Both the position numbers and the translations under genes were made by a program. Shown in pieces: positions 37,132 through 46,368 of a stretch of 51,419 bases of DNA; the stretch's first letter is position 1; every line of letters begins with the position of its first letter. Below the pieces are notes generated by a model. It was not told the origin of the DNA, made no database searches, and worked only from the letters and a program-made list of their open reading frames with translations. The DNA lies in the IMG/VR virus record IMGVR_UViG_3300012943_000010, positions 1 to 51,419 of that record; one strand, 5' to 3'. This DNA comes from a virus. Its lineage: Duplodnaviria > Caudoviricetes.

Positions 37132-37638
37132 TCAGTCGTCGTTGGTCAGATAAAAGCGCACCAGACTCACCAGTTGCGAGAAAGATAGCTCGATCAGTTG
37201 AGAGTCCCATTCCTCGGAGGACGTTTCCGTCCTGTTTTTTTTTAAGTGGTCGATCAGTCCCTCCATCTCGGGAGGGCTCATAAAGTCTAAGACAGGATTA
37301 GCCCGATCTACAATCGAAACGTACTGCTTAAAGACAGCCATGATTTCGTCGTTGGTGAAGCGATCCAAAACGTAAGACGTGATCCGAGGATCGTTCTTAT
37401 CCACGTCCGAAGTCGAAGCGAGTTCGAGCGTGAACTTAGCGAGAAAAGCGTGTTCCGTAAGCCGATTTCGAGCCGACTCCGGAACACCCTTCATAGCTTC
37501 GGCGACCTTTTGAGCAACCGATACCGTCTCCATAAGAGCGAGAGGACGGACATCCAACTCGAAGTTTCGAACCTTAATCGGGAACCTGTAAGATACCCCG
37601 GCTCGCATCGCTTCAATCTGCTGCATATCCTGATCCAT
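37132..37638 (-). CDS. Tail assembly chaperone with probable -1 frameshift extension to 37046
   Basis: Between tube and TMP; TTA AAA AAA AAC slippery run at 37234-37245. Confidence 0.8.
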   Translation of the reverse strand: MDQDMQQIEAMRAGVSYRFPIKVRNFELDVRPLALMETVSVAQKVAEAMKGVPESARNRLTEHAFLAKFTLELASTSDVDKNDPRITSYVLDRFTNDEIMAVFKQYVSIVDRANPVLDFMSPPEMEGLIDHLKKNRTETSSEEWDSQLIELSFSQLVSLVRFYLTNDD

Positions 37639-37654
37639 CTCGCTCTCCTAAGTC

Positions 37655-38071
37655 TTATAAAGTCAGGTTGAAAAGAACGGAGTTCCCCACCGCGTCGGTG
37701 ATGCGGAGGGCTCCGAAGTTGAACGTGGTTTTCACTTCATCTCCGATACCTCCTGCACTGTCGTCTGTGTCCTTGTTGAAAAGGCCAGTACACACGTACT
37801 GGTCAGCTCCACAGACGAAGGTAAGCTGCACGTCGTTAGTCTCGAAGTCTATTCCCTCCAGCTTCGGACGCGCAAGCTGATTAAGCACCGCGAGAGTAAA
37901 CGTGATGTCGATGTCGGTGTTGCCCTGCACGAAGCCACGGTTAAAGCCGTCCGGAGTCATCGTCGGGACAGCTCGGGCGTTCTTCGTCTGCTTAAGAGAT
38001 GCCGATTGTATGTCGGCAAGTCGGGCTCCGTTGATGGAAATAAAGGCTCGGTCGGCGTATCTAGTTGACAA
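37655..38071 (-). CDS. Tail tube protein
   Basis: 138-aa beta-rich ORF directly after the sheath. Confidence 0.8.
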   Translation of the reverse strand: MSTRYADRAFISINGARLADIQSASLKQTKNARAVPTMTPDGFNRGFVQGNTDIDITFTLAVLNQLARPKLEGIDFETNDVQLTFVCGADQYVCTGLFNKDTDDSAGGIGDEVKTTFNFGALRITDAVGNSVLFNLTL

Positions 38072-38119
38072 CTTTCGTCTCCTTTTTTCGGCTTAAAGGC
38101 GTTCCTGGGAAGCCCGATG

Positions 38120-39313
38120 TTAGATCGAAATTACATCGAACTCTGTCGTAGCTTCGACGTTGGTCGCGATGACGTGAAGGCCCGGAATGACGTTGACCGG
38201 CGTCTTCAAATCGAAGCGGTGTCGGTCGGACACGTTGCGTTTGAGCAGGAATTTTTTCGCGAGCTGTTGGACAGCCTGGAACATATTCTGCGTCTCGAAC
38301 TGAACGGCCAATCGGATCGCTTCGGCCTTGATGTTGAGACCAACATCCTCGGAAGCCTTGGTACGCTTAAAGTCGGGCTGAGAGAACCGAGTGAAGAGAG
38401 TCTTGCGCCAGAAGTAGAGGACTTGGAAGTCCTGCACATCGTAATACGCAGTCACGACCGGAGTTCCAGTTCCATCCGCCGAGAGCCGACCCGTGACAGT
38501 ACGGACGAAGGCGACCTCCTCGTTAGGCTTAACGAAGAGCGGAGTCCAACCTTGTTGCAGACAGGCTTCCGACTCCAATCCGGCACCGACAGAGGGCCAA
38601 TCTTCGACCTTCTTAGGAGCAGGAATACCAGGGATGGAAACGTCGTCGAGCGGGTTATAAGGAACCCCGTTCGAAGCCATGCGAGCAGCGGCAGCGGCAG
38701 CAACTTCCCCGACCGAGTAAGTCGAGAGTTGATCCCCTGATCCGGTATCACGCTTCCACACGCCGATAAGGAACTGGGTGTCCATCTTAAACAACGCAGA
38801 CGGATCCACCTGGGACATCGAAGCACCGACGCCGAAGGTTCCGAACTGATTGTTCTGCACACGTTGAGGGCCTGACATCGCGTTCGCCATATCCTTAAGG
38901 ACAGTTCGGCTCGCGCTGTCGGAGTCGAGGTCGTAGCAGGAGACTACAAACTCGGCTTTTACAGCCTTAATCGCGTTCTGGAGAGGGACAGGAATCACAG
39001 TCTCTGCGGAGTCGAGTACACCGACTTTCAGACGAGGAAAGGTTCCGTTACCTTCGTTCGCCTTGACAGCCGCGAGGACCATCTTAGCCGCTTCGGAACC
39101 GTCTCCGAACTTAGCCGCTACCTCTCCGGACGCGGCTTTAAGATCGGCTACGTTATTGATGTTGACGACGGTGTTCGTGCCGGTCGCACCACTTTCCGCG
39201 TGAGCGATCAATAAGACTTCCTGCTCGTCCGATGGGAGTCCAGTTTCACCAGCGAATGTAATTTCCACTGGTCTGCCTGGGGTTTTCTGAGAACCGATGC
39301 TGGTCAACGCCAT
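38120..39313 (-). CDS. Tail sheath protein (Mu gpL-like)
   Basis: PG..VE, FGDGSE..KM, GWTPL, VRTVT, F....F...K, PVNVIPGLHVIA. Confidence 0.9.
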   Translation of the reverse strand: MALTSIGSQKTPGRPVEITFAGETGLPSDEQEVLLIAHAESGATGTNTVVNINNVADLKAASGEVAAKFGDGSEAAKMVLAAVKANEGNGTFPRLKVGVLDSAETVIPVPLQNAIKAVKAEFVVSCYDLDSDSASRTVLKDMANAMSGPQRVQNNQFGTFGVGASMSQVDPSALFKMDTQFLIGVWKRDTGSGDQLSTYSVGEVAAAAAARMASNGVPYNPLDDVSIPGIPAPKKVEDWPSVGAGLESEACLQQGWTPLFVKPNEEVAFVRTVTGRLSADGTGTPVVTAYYDVQDFQVLYFWRKTLFTRFSQPDFKRTKASEDVGLNIKAEAIRLAVQFETQNMFQAVQQLAKKFLLKRNVSDRHRFDLKTPVNVIPGLHVIATNVEATTEFDVISI

Positions 39314-39331
39314 GCTGCAATACCTCCGTCG

Positions 39332-40027
39332 TTAAGGATCTTGTTCTATCACTTGCTCGGAGCTAACGATAAGTTCTTCCGAACCGTCATCTCTAAGCGC
39401 CTGAATGGTTGTAAAGAGCGATTCTAGGTCGCCGAGTGGACGACTGAAAGGCTCGTCTTTCGTCCGATAATCGCTCTCCATGTAGTCGTCCCAAGCCCTT
39501 AAATCGAGCTTAAAGTTGACCATGCACTGGATCAGGGGAACGAGCATATCCTCCTGCCATTCGAACGCGAGAGCCTTATCGCAATCGACCACTTTCCCAA
39601 GCTCGTTTAGTCCTGGAACTCGGGCCGATATAGCATTGAAAAACGACTGTCTGCGGAACTGTTGGAGGAGAGCAGCACAGATGGTATCCGGTATTTGCTG
39701 CGTCTCCTTCCGTCGAATATTCGCAGGAAAGATAAGATCGATTTTAATATAGCCATTGATAAACCAGGACTCGAAGTCCTTCTTAAAGTTATCGTTATAT
39801 ATTCTGATCGCTGGGAGAGCGCGCATCGAATAGTCCATGCGTTTATAACCATCGATAAAGTCTCCTCCTCCGAAAAGAACCGACCAGACTGGATCGATCC
39901 GAAGCTGCTCCGCAATCGAAAGGCAAAGGAACTCCGCAGGCCCGGTAAGGAAAAGAGTCTCGAACTCCTCCTTCGTCGTGGGCTCGGTCGGAGTCGAATA
40001 AACAAGGGTATCTATGCGCTCACTCAT
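39332..40027 (-). CDS. Putative tail terminator/completion protein
   Basis: Position between gpG-like and sheath genes; LPAIRIY motif. Confidence 0.6.
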   Translation of the reverse strand: MSERIDTLVYSTPTEPTTKEEFETLFLTGPAEFLCLSIAEQLRIDPVWSVLFGGGDFIDGYKRMDYSMRALPAIRIYNDNFKKDFESWFINGYIKIDLIFPANIRRKETQQIPDTICAALLQQFRRQSFFNAISARVPGLNELGKVVDCDKALAFEWQEDMLVPLIQCMVNFKLDLRAWDDYMESDYRTKDEPFSRPLGDLESLFTTIQALRDDGSEELIVSSEQVIEQDP

Positions 40028-40832
40028 TCAATATTCCTGCGATTAGATTTAGAAGGGCTCCGTCGATTTCTTGCTGATCCTGTTGGTTCCACTCGTCGAA
40101 GTTTCGAGCAGGGATCTTAACCCACTTCCGAAAGATAAACTTGTCTCCCCCGACTCCGGTCGCCAGGATCTTATTCCGTCGGGCTTCCGCCTTCTCGACC
40201 TTCGCCTGCGCTTTGTGCTTCGCGTCGAGCTGCTTATCGAGTCTTTCCTGGATGGCCATAGCTCGGGAGCCGCTGTCCGATTTCGTCTTCGAGAACCGGG
40301 CTCTCGTGGCGTTGATCCGCTGCTCGATTGTGGCCACACCGTCACGGGCTCGACTGATAACCTTCTCGGCTGTCCCTGTGGAGAGCTTCCTAGCGTGCTC
40401 ATTCGCGCTTTTTCCCTGGGGGAGAGGTATCCGGAGGACTTTAGCGTTCTTCGGCCTTAGAACCCCACCTGGGAGCTTTTCAGTTCCATCGTTCATCATC
40501 CGAGCGTAAAGGAGCTTCGTTCCGACTGTTATCGTGTCTCCCGCGAACTGGACGATACCGTCTGGGCCGGGAGTCCCGTTCGCTTTCGAAGGAGCTATCG
40601 ACTTGCGGAGCGTTCCCCTCTGAGAGAGGATTTGGCCCTGTCTAAATCGGAGCGGAGCCCACTTACTATGCCCGTTGTGAGAGCCCTCTGAGTCGAATAA
40701 TAAACCCCGGTTCGTCTGCACCTGTGCAGCGATGAATAGGTTGATCCGCTCGGTATTTCGACCGACCTTCTCGACCCAATCAGGGAATTTAAATTCGATC
40801 TCAATGCTCACCAGCCATTCCACCCGTTCCAA
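40020..40832 (-). CDS. Virion morphogenesis protein (Mu gpG-like)
   Basis: F..EG....W.PL, L...G.LR.SI, VGT...YA...N.G, IPAR.F; carries a coiled-coil insertion. Confidence 0.85.
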   Translation of the reverse strand: MERVEWLVSIEIEFKFPDWVEKVGRNTERINLFIAAQVQTNRGLLFDSEGSHNGHSKWAPLRFRQGQILSQRGTLRKSIAPSKANGTPGPDGIVQFAGDTITVGTKLLYARMMNDGTEKLPGGVLRPKNAKVLRIPLPQGKSANEHARKLSTGTAEKVISRARDGVATIEQRINATRARFSKTKSDSGSRAMAIQERLDKQLDAKHKAQAKVEKAEARRNKILATGVGGDKFIFRKWVKIPARNFDEWNQQDQQEIDGALLNLIAGILNE

Positions 40833-41380
40833 AAGTTGAACGCAGGATCGTTGACCTGTCCACGAGCGTATCCTTGAGAGTCCGACCCGTTTGCAACGAT
40901 AACCGAACCCATATATCCGTCGTCAGCGGCGGTGTTCATATAGTTCAAGCGGAGCCCTGGGAGAGGAGGATACTTCCAGCCCTGGGAGTCCGTGGCGCCG
41001 TCTTTTTTCTTCGCGAGAAGGTTCTCGGTCATGGTCTTATATCGATCCGCGACCGACTTCATATATTTATCGCCCTGCACAGCCGTACCGCTCCCGAAAT
41101 CAGTTTCGAGGATACGCTCGACGGCCTTGAGCTCGCAGAGAGTCTTAAGGATTTGCTTCGTTGGATTTAGGGAAAGATCCGCGAACGGAGCTTCCGCATC
41201 AGTCTGAAACGGTGCGTAGTATCGAGGAGAGAGGTCGTACTCGACGACTCCTTCGGCTTCATCGATAAGACGCTCGGCTAACGCCTGCAGCATCTTATTA
41301 TCGTCGTTTACATCGGTCGTGAACTGCACCTTTCCGATAAGGCGCAAGCGAACGTCTTCGAACGTGATGTACTGCGGCAT
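40808..41380 (-). CDS. Head-tail adaptor (Mu gp36/DUF1320-like)
   Basis: Y.T..DV, I..AE..V...L..RY..P, L...C...A. Confidence 0.75.
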   Translation of the reverse strand: MPQYITFEDVRLRLIGKVQFTTDVNDDNKMLQALAERLIDEAEGVVEYDLSPRYYAPFQTDAEAPFADLSLNPTKQILKTLCELKAVERILETDFGSGTAVQGDKYMKSVADRYKTMTENLLAKKKDGATDSQGWKYPPLPGLRLNYMNTAADDGYMGSVIVANGSDSQGYARGQVNDPAFNFWNGWNGW

Positions 41381-41390
41381 CGGTTTACCT

Positions 41391-41425
41391 TAAAAAAATG
41401 GGAGGGAGCAGAAGGCCACCTCCCT
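41391..41425 (-). terminator. Rho-independent terminator after the head genes
   Basis: GGGAGG...CCTCCC-A-T7 on the minus strand. Confidence 0.6.
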
Positions 41426-41459
41426 TTAATGCTTCCAGTAAAAACAGACTCAACGAAGG

Positions 41460-41765
41460 TTAAGCCACACGTTCTGCACGAACGATTTTAAACTTATCGG
41501 CTGTCGAGTTCCCGCGCTCTCCTGCGAAGGCGTAGCCACCATCGAAAGAACGGTCGCAATATTCTGCGGCTGTCTCCTCATCGACCTCTGCGATCGAACC
41601 AGGAGAGAGAGTTAAGTTATCGATTGCGATTGCGCGGAGTGCGCGGATCTTGACCTTTTTTTTCGCGCTAGGTTGAACGAGCTGAGACTTAGCAGCGTCG
41701 GGAGCAGCGGTCATATCGGAGGCGATAGGGCCGGTCGGGCCGGGAGTTTTTGTTGCATCGCTCAT
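41460..41765 (-). CDS. Small head-associated hypothetical protein
   Basis: Directly after the capsid gene; KVKIRAL...L.PG...EV pattern. Confidence 0.65.
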   Translation of the reverse strand: MSDATKTPGPTGPIASDMTAAPDAAKSQLVQPSAKKKVKIRALRAIAIDNLTLSPGSIAEVDEETAAEYCDRSFDGGYAFAGERGNSTADKFKIVRAERVA

Positions 41766-41789
41766 CTTAAAAATCCTTTTCCTTTTGGG

Positions 41790-41820
41790 GCTGGAGCCCC
41801 ACTAAATGCAGGGCTCCAGC
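41790..41820. other. Strong hairpin just downstream of the capsid gene
   Basis: GCTGGAGCCC-N11-GGGCTCCAGC. Confidence 0.6.
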
Positions 41821-41850
41821 TTTAGCAATTCATGGCCACACCACTCGCTC

Positions 41851-42945
41851 TTAGACTACCGTAGCAGTCAGAACGTCGAAGCCACGGTCGAGTTTCACGC
41901 CGCCGTACACACCACCAACGAGGTCGAGGTACGGGTTCGAGGGACCGCCCTTAGTACCGGCTGCGGTATTATCCTCGACAACGAGGAACTTACCGAAGCC
42001 TGGGTTGTCGATCGAACCTGACGCAAGGTTGACCGTCTGAACGAACTCACCGATCTTATCGTTGCCAGGGAGAGAGCACTCGAAAAAGATCTTTCCGTCC
42101 GGGATGAAATACTGAGCGTCGGTAACGGTGATGTGACCGTTAGCGTCGATGCTCTCGTCCATCCAAGTTCCGTTGTAAACCTCGACATTCGGGAGACCGG
42201 GAATAAGGAACTGGAGCACCTTATTTACGTCGTATCCACCGATTGAAGGGTTCGCGCCGTAGCTGGTGAGATAAGCGCGAGTGTTCGCGTTATCCAGGAG
42301 CCAACGGGCTGTGTTCGGGTTCATCACGATGCCAGTGATCTTGTACTTACGGAACGCATCGAGTCCGCCCATGATCCAGTATCGAAGGTCGATAATGGGG
42401 TTCGCGGAGTTGTTTGCGTTGATACCGTCAGACGACCAGACAGCTCCGACAGGGACAGTCCGATTTTTCAACGGAGTTCCGAAAGAGATGGCTTTACCCA
42501 TCCAGGAGAACCCACCGTTAAAGATCGACTGCCAACGCTGATACTCGATACGAGTCTCGATACGTCGGTTAAGACGGTCGATATCGAGGTCGATGTACTG
42601 CTGCACACCGCGCACGTTGCGGCCATTCGAGCCGAGTTCACGCAGATAAAGAATCCGCGTTTCGTCGTAGTGAATGACCTCCTTATAGAACGGAGGAGAG
42701 TATTCCTGCGCTCGGGTTCCGAAGGACTGGATGTACTTCGGGTTCGTACCGGGCAAGTGCTCGTTGGTCATACCGCCAGTGGCTTCGATGACCTCAGTGC
42801 GTACTCGCGAGACAGGGAGAGCGACCGAGGGAAGGTATTTCGAGCCGATATAAGTCGTCGGATCGTTGACCACTTCCTTGATCAATTTTTGAATAACTTC
42901 GGTGTATTCGTTGGTGAAAAACAAGTTCATCATTTGGGACGCCAA
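41851..42945 (-). CDS. Major capsid protein (lambda E-like, HK97 fold)
   Basis: PPFYKE, L..RI..RIEY.R.Q....G, W.......PI.D, MN..T, FIPDGK. Confidence 0.9.
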   Translation of the reverse strand: MASQMMNLFFTNEYTEVIQKLIKEVVNDPTTYIGSKYLPSVALPVSRVRTEVIEATGGMTNEHLPGTNPKYIQSFGTRAQEYSPPFYKEVIHYDETRILYLRELGSNGRNVRGVQQYIDLDIDRLNRRIETRIEYQRWQSIFNGGFSWMGKAISFGTPLKNRTVPVGAVWSSDGINANNSANPIIDLRYWIMGGLDAFRKYKITGIVMNPNTARWLLDNANTRAYLTSYGANPSIGGYDVNKVLQFLIPGLPNVEVYNGTWMDESIDANGHITVTDAQYFIPDGKIFFECSLPGNDKIGEFVQTVNLASGSIDNPGFGKFLVVEDNTAAGTKGGPSNPYLDLVGGVYGGVKLDRGFDVLTATVV

Positions 42946-42996
42946 GCCTCCATAAATTGTGATAGTTCCGTCGGGTGACGCGCCTAAGCGTCCCGC

Positions 42997-43407
42997 TTAA
43001 AACTTCAGTGTTGTAACGCCCGTCGCGTCGATGATGGACTTTCCGCCGAGGTCTGTTTTTCCGTTCGCGTCGAGCCCTAGGAGCTTCGCCTCGAACACAG
43101 TACAACCGCCGAAGATACCCACCGCCATGCAGGAGCCTGTCGCGCCTGATCCATCGAAGTCCTCGATAGGATGCTGCTCGAATAGGATGCAAGACGCAGT
43201 GTTGAGACCACTCGAAGCGCCATCGTTATAGCGTTCGAAAAGGCCGTCAGTCGTGTTGCGCGCAAGCACCGTTCCGGCTGGATAACCAGAAGCGTTGTAG
43301 CGCAGACGGACCGGATTAAGGATCGCTGACGCACGGTTCGTCGCGATGATGATCGGGTTGTCTTTCGAAAAAATGTTGCCGTTAAAAGCTGCTCCAATTG
43401 CACCCAT
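42997..43407 (-). CDS. Head decoration protein
   Basis: AGTVLAR...DG....Y......G...A..IL; immediately upstream of the capsid gene. Confidence 0.8.
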   Translation of the reverse strand: MGAIGAAFNGNIFSKDNPIIIATNRASAILNPVRLRYNASGYPAGTVLARNTTDGLFERYNDGASSGLNTASCILFEQHPIEDFDGSGATGSCMAVGIFGGCTVFEAKLLGLDANGKTDLGGKSIIDATGVTTLKF

Positions 43408-43464
43408 CGGTCGGGCTCCTCCAAGATCAAAGGTTAAGTTCGAAAGTTCTAAGCCTCGGAGCGA

Positions 43465-44916
43465 TTAAGCGCCGACGAGAGAACTGCTTAGCTTCACGAT
43501 ACCATCGAACTGAGTCTGCATCTTCTCGACAGCCGCAGAGAGCGCAGAGAGTTGGTTCTCAGTTTCGAGTGTGTTGGTGTCGGCTCCATCAGCGGCAGCG
43601 GCTCCGCTGGCCATCCGTTGAATAAGGGCCTTAAGAGCATCCTTCGCGCCAACGCCGTTCCCCTGGTCGATCATCTGACAGATGTGGGTATACTCTGCGT
43701 CGAAGGTAAGGGTTTGGTTCGGCTCCTCGTGGACAGCCGGGACAGGAGCGTCGGTCGGTGCTCCTCCTTCCGACAGTCTGCGGCCCTTATCCATCTTCGC
43801 GAGGAGGGGCATATTCGCACGAGTCTCGGCTTCGAGTCGGCTCATCCGAGTCTTAGCTTGGACAGCCGAGAGGTGTTCCGATTTCGTCGAGCCTATCTGT
43901 CCGACCTGGATCACTGGCTCGCGAGCTTCGTAGGTTGCCAGGACTGCTTCGATAGCATCCGGAGAGGACGCCGCGAGCTTCGTGATGTCGAGCTTTTTGA
44001 TTTCGGCTGGAGTGACCTTAGCCTCGGAGCGGAGCTTCGAAAGACGGGTAAGGATACGACCTTTCGCAGCGGCCAGACGTGCACCATCGTGCGTTGCCCG
44101 GAAGTCGGTCGAGAGTCGAGTGAGTTCGGTACGAGCAGCGGTAAGCTTTTCCTCCTTCTCTTTCTTCTCCTTTTCCTCCTTCTCAGTGTTCTCAGCGGAG
44201 AGCTTTTTCCCGTGCTCATCCTCCTCCGCCGAGAGCTTGTCGAGGTCTTCTTTTTTGTCGTCCGCCGAGAGTTTATCGAGTTCTTCGTCGGCGTCCTTCT
44301 CGGACATCTTCTTCGTGTCCATCAGATACTTTTTCAGCTTCGCTCGATTCATATCGACTTGTTCCTTATCGTCGTCGTCGTCCTTTTCAGGATCAACTTT
44401 GGTTTCGCCCTGCTTTAAAAGACTCGCGCCTTTGGCCGCTGGGAATGGGGTGACGGTGAGTTCTGAGAGCTTAGATTTATCGAAGTCGGCACCCACGGAG
44501 AGATGCGTCCAGCGACCGTCTTTAACACGTTCCACGTTGTCCTTACCGAGGAACCGCACATTCCCGAAGATGGCCGGAACTTGGTCTCCGTCTTCGTTCT
44601 CGTAGAAGTCGAGTTCGAGGTCTCCGATAACTCGGCCCACAGTGTCCCACGCGCTCGTGGAGTGGTCTGCTTGGACAGGAGGGTAGTTCTTAAGTGGAAC
44701 CTCTCCGGAAGCCAGTCTCTTAACCTTCCCCATCAGGCCGTTGTGAGTCTCGACCAGGGCGCTAAGCTGCGCAGGAGTGACCGTTACTTCCCCGTCCATC
44801 GACTCGAACTTCCCCGCGTATACGAGCATTGCCCGACGTTCGACCGAGCCCTCGGAGTCTCCTTCGCGAGCGGTGTGATCGAATATAGCGCCGGTCTCTC
44901 TCAGTCTTACGAGCAT
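43465..44916 (-). CDS. Capsid maturation protease/scaffold (Mu gpI-like)
   Basis: P..ADH, GR, G.W.HLS, EL.VT.FPA; charged helical scaffold C-terminal half. Confidence 0.85.
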   Translation of the reverse strand: MLVRLRETGAIFDHTAREGDSEGSVERRAMLVYAGKFESMDGEVTVTPAQLSALVETHNGLMGKVKRLASGEVPLKNYPPVQADHSTSAWDTVGRVIGDLELDFYENEDGDQVPAIFGNVRFLGKDNVERVKDGRWTHLSVGADFDKSKLSELTVTPFPAAKGASLLKQGETKVDPEKDDDDDKEQVDMNRAKLKKYLMDTKKMSEKDADEELDKLSADDKKEDLDKLSAEEDEHGKKLSAENTEKEEKEKKEKEEKLTAARTELTRLSTDFRATHDGARLAAAKGRILTRLSKLRSEAKVTPAEIKKLDITKLAASSPDAIEAVLATYEAREPVIQVGQIGSTKSEHLSAVQAKTRMSRLEAETRANMPLLAKMDKGRRLSEGGAPTDAPVPAVHEEPNQTLTFDAEYTHICQMIDQGNGVGAKDALKALIQRMASGAAAADGADTNTLETENQLSALSAAVEKMQTQFDGIVKLSSSLVGA

Positions 44917-44925
44917 TCGAGTCTC

Positions 44926-45810
44926 CTATCTGACTTTCGCCGTCCATTCCGGGGGAAGCTTTTCCGGACTATTGTTACGCCGCGATCGTTTTTTATCCTC
45001 GATAAGCCTGAGATGGTTGGGGTTCGCAGGCGTTAGCGGCAGGAGTTCCGAACGGCAGTTCCAGTGAATCGGAGGCGTCTCTTTGTCTAAAAGTGGATCG
45101 CCCTTAGCGTACACCAAACCCTGTCGGGATTTACACCATTTTGTAGTCGCATGGTCGCGGACAGCTACAAAAAGATAGTGAGTCACATCGGGTGATTGGT
45201 CGTAAACCGTTCTCCGAGCCTCGTTGAAGTAATGCGTGGTCTCGGTCTCGACGATCATCTTACCACGACTTACGACAACATCGGCACCCTTCATAATTGC
45301 CTGGACGGCCTCTGTCTTACTAGCCGTAATACCGGATAGGAAGTCCTGGGCATTTGCGCGCCAGACCTCCTGACATTTCTGCACGTAAGCTGTCCGAAGT
45401 CTCTCAGCGATAGCGAGCTGTCGGGGAGGTATCTTATTCCGCTTCCGATAAGCGTCCCACCAGACGCGAAGCTCTCGGAAGGACTTCGGCACAGCCGCCT
45501 TAGGAGCCTGTGCAAGACGGTGCGCTCGGACTGGCCTTACTTCCTTCGTGGACTCGATACCAGCGATTGTGATGGCCCTGGAGTGCTCCATAAGGATCGG
45601 AACGAAGTCAACGAAGTCGAGTCGGAGCCGACCTGTCTCGGCTGCATTCTCCATCCACTCCTTCGTGAACTCTCGAATGTGTTCGGCCATTTCGTTCTGC
45701 CACTTGCGCTCTAAAGCATCGACCTTCTTAGCCATGCGGATAACGCCAGCCGACTCGCGACTCCCTAGCATCTTTATCAGATTAGAGATAGTTTGTTGGT
45801 TTATCGCCAT
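44926..45810 (-). CDS. Minor head morphogenesis protein (Mu gpF/SPP1 gp7-like)
   Basis: IVETE, AVRDHATT..C....G, PPIHWNCRS. Confidence 0.92.
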   Translation of the reverse strand: MAINQQTISNLIKMLGSRESAGVIRMAKKVDALERKWQNEMAEHIREFTKEWMENAAETGRLRLDFVDFVPILMEHSRAITIAGIESTKEVRPVRAHRLAQAPKAAVPKSFRELRVWWDAYRKRNKIPPRQLAIAERLRTAYVQKCQEVWRANAQDFLSGITASKTEAVQAIMKGADVVVSRGKMIVETETTHYFNEARRTVYDQSPDVTHYLFVAVRDHATTKWCKSRQGLVYAKGDPLLDKETPPIHWNCRSELLPLTPANPNHLRLIEDKKRSRRNNSPEKLPPEWTAKVR

Positions 45811-45846
45811 TGTATTCTTCTTTGTAATACGAGTTGAGGGGTCATT

Positions 45847-46368
45847 ATGCTTAAGCTCCATCTGGGTTGCGGAAAGATTATCTTACCGACGTGGAAGAAC
45901 ATGGACATCGAACCAGGGCCGATGAGAATCGTATTCGACCTTCGCTCACCTATACCAGAGGAAAGCGACACGGTTGACTACATTTATCACGAGCACTTCA
46001 TCGAACACCTTACACGAGACGAAGGAATAGCTCTCTTTAAGGAGTGCTTTCGAGTCTTGAAAAAAGGGGGAGTCATGCGGTTCTCGACTCCCGACCTGCA
46101 CATGCTCTGCATCTGGTATCAGCAAGGAAAAATAAATCAATGGCCGGGAACCTGGGAGCCGAAGTCGAACGCTCAGTTCTTCAACGAAGCCATGCGACTG
46201 TGGGGGCATCAGTTCCTTTACGATACCGAAGAACTCGGTATGATACTCGGTGAGCTTGGGTTCTCTCACCTCCTTATGGAGGAGTATCACAATAGCGAAC
46301 ACGATGCTTTGCGCGAAATCGAAGCTCGACCTTATCAACGCGATATCATCATGGAGTGTACGAAATGA
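45847..46368 (+). CDS. Class I SAM-dependent methyltransferase (type frequent in glycan loci)
   Basis: KLHLGCG, NMD, IYHEHFIEHL, ECFRVLKKGG....TPDL, GH..LYD. Confidence 0.85.
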   Translation: MLKLHLGCGKIILPTWKNMDIEPGPMRIVFDLRSPIPEESDTVDYIYHEHFIEHLTRDEGIALFKECFRVLKKGGVMRFSTPDLHMLCIWYQQGKINQWPGTWEPKSNAQFFNEAMRLWGHQFLYDTEELGMILGELGFSHLLMEEYHNSEHDALREIEARPYQRDIIMECTK

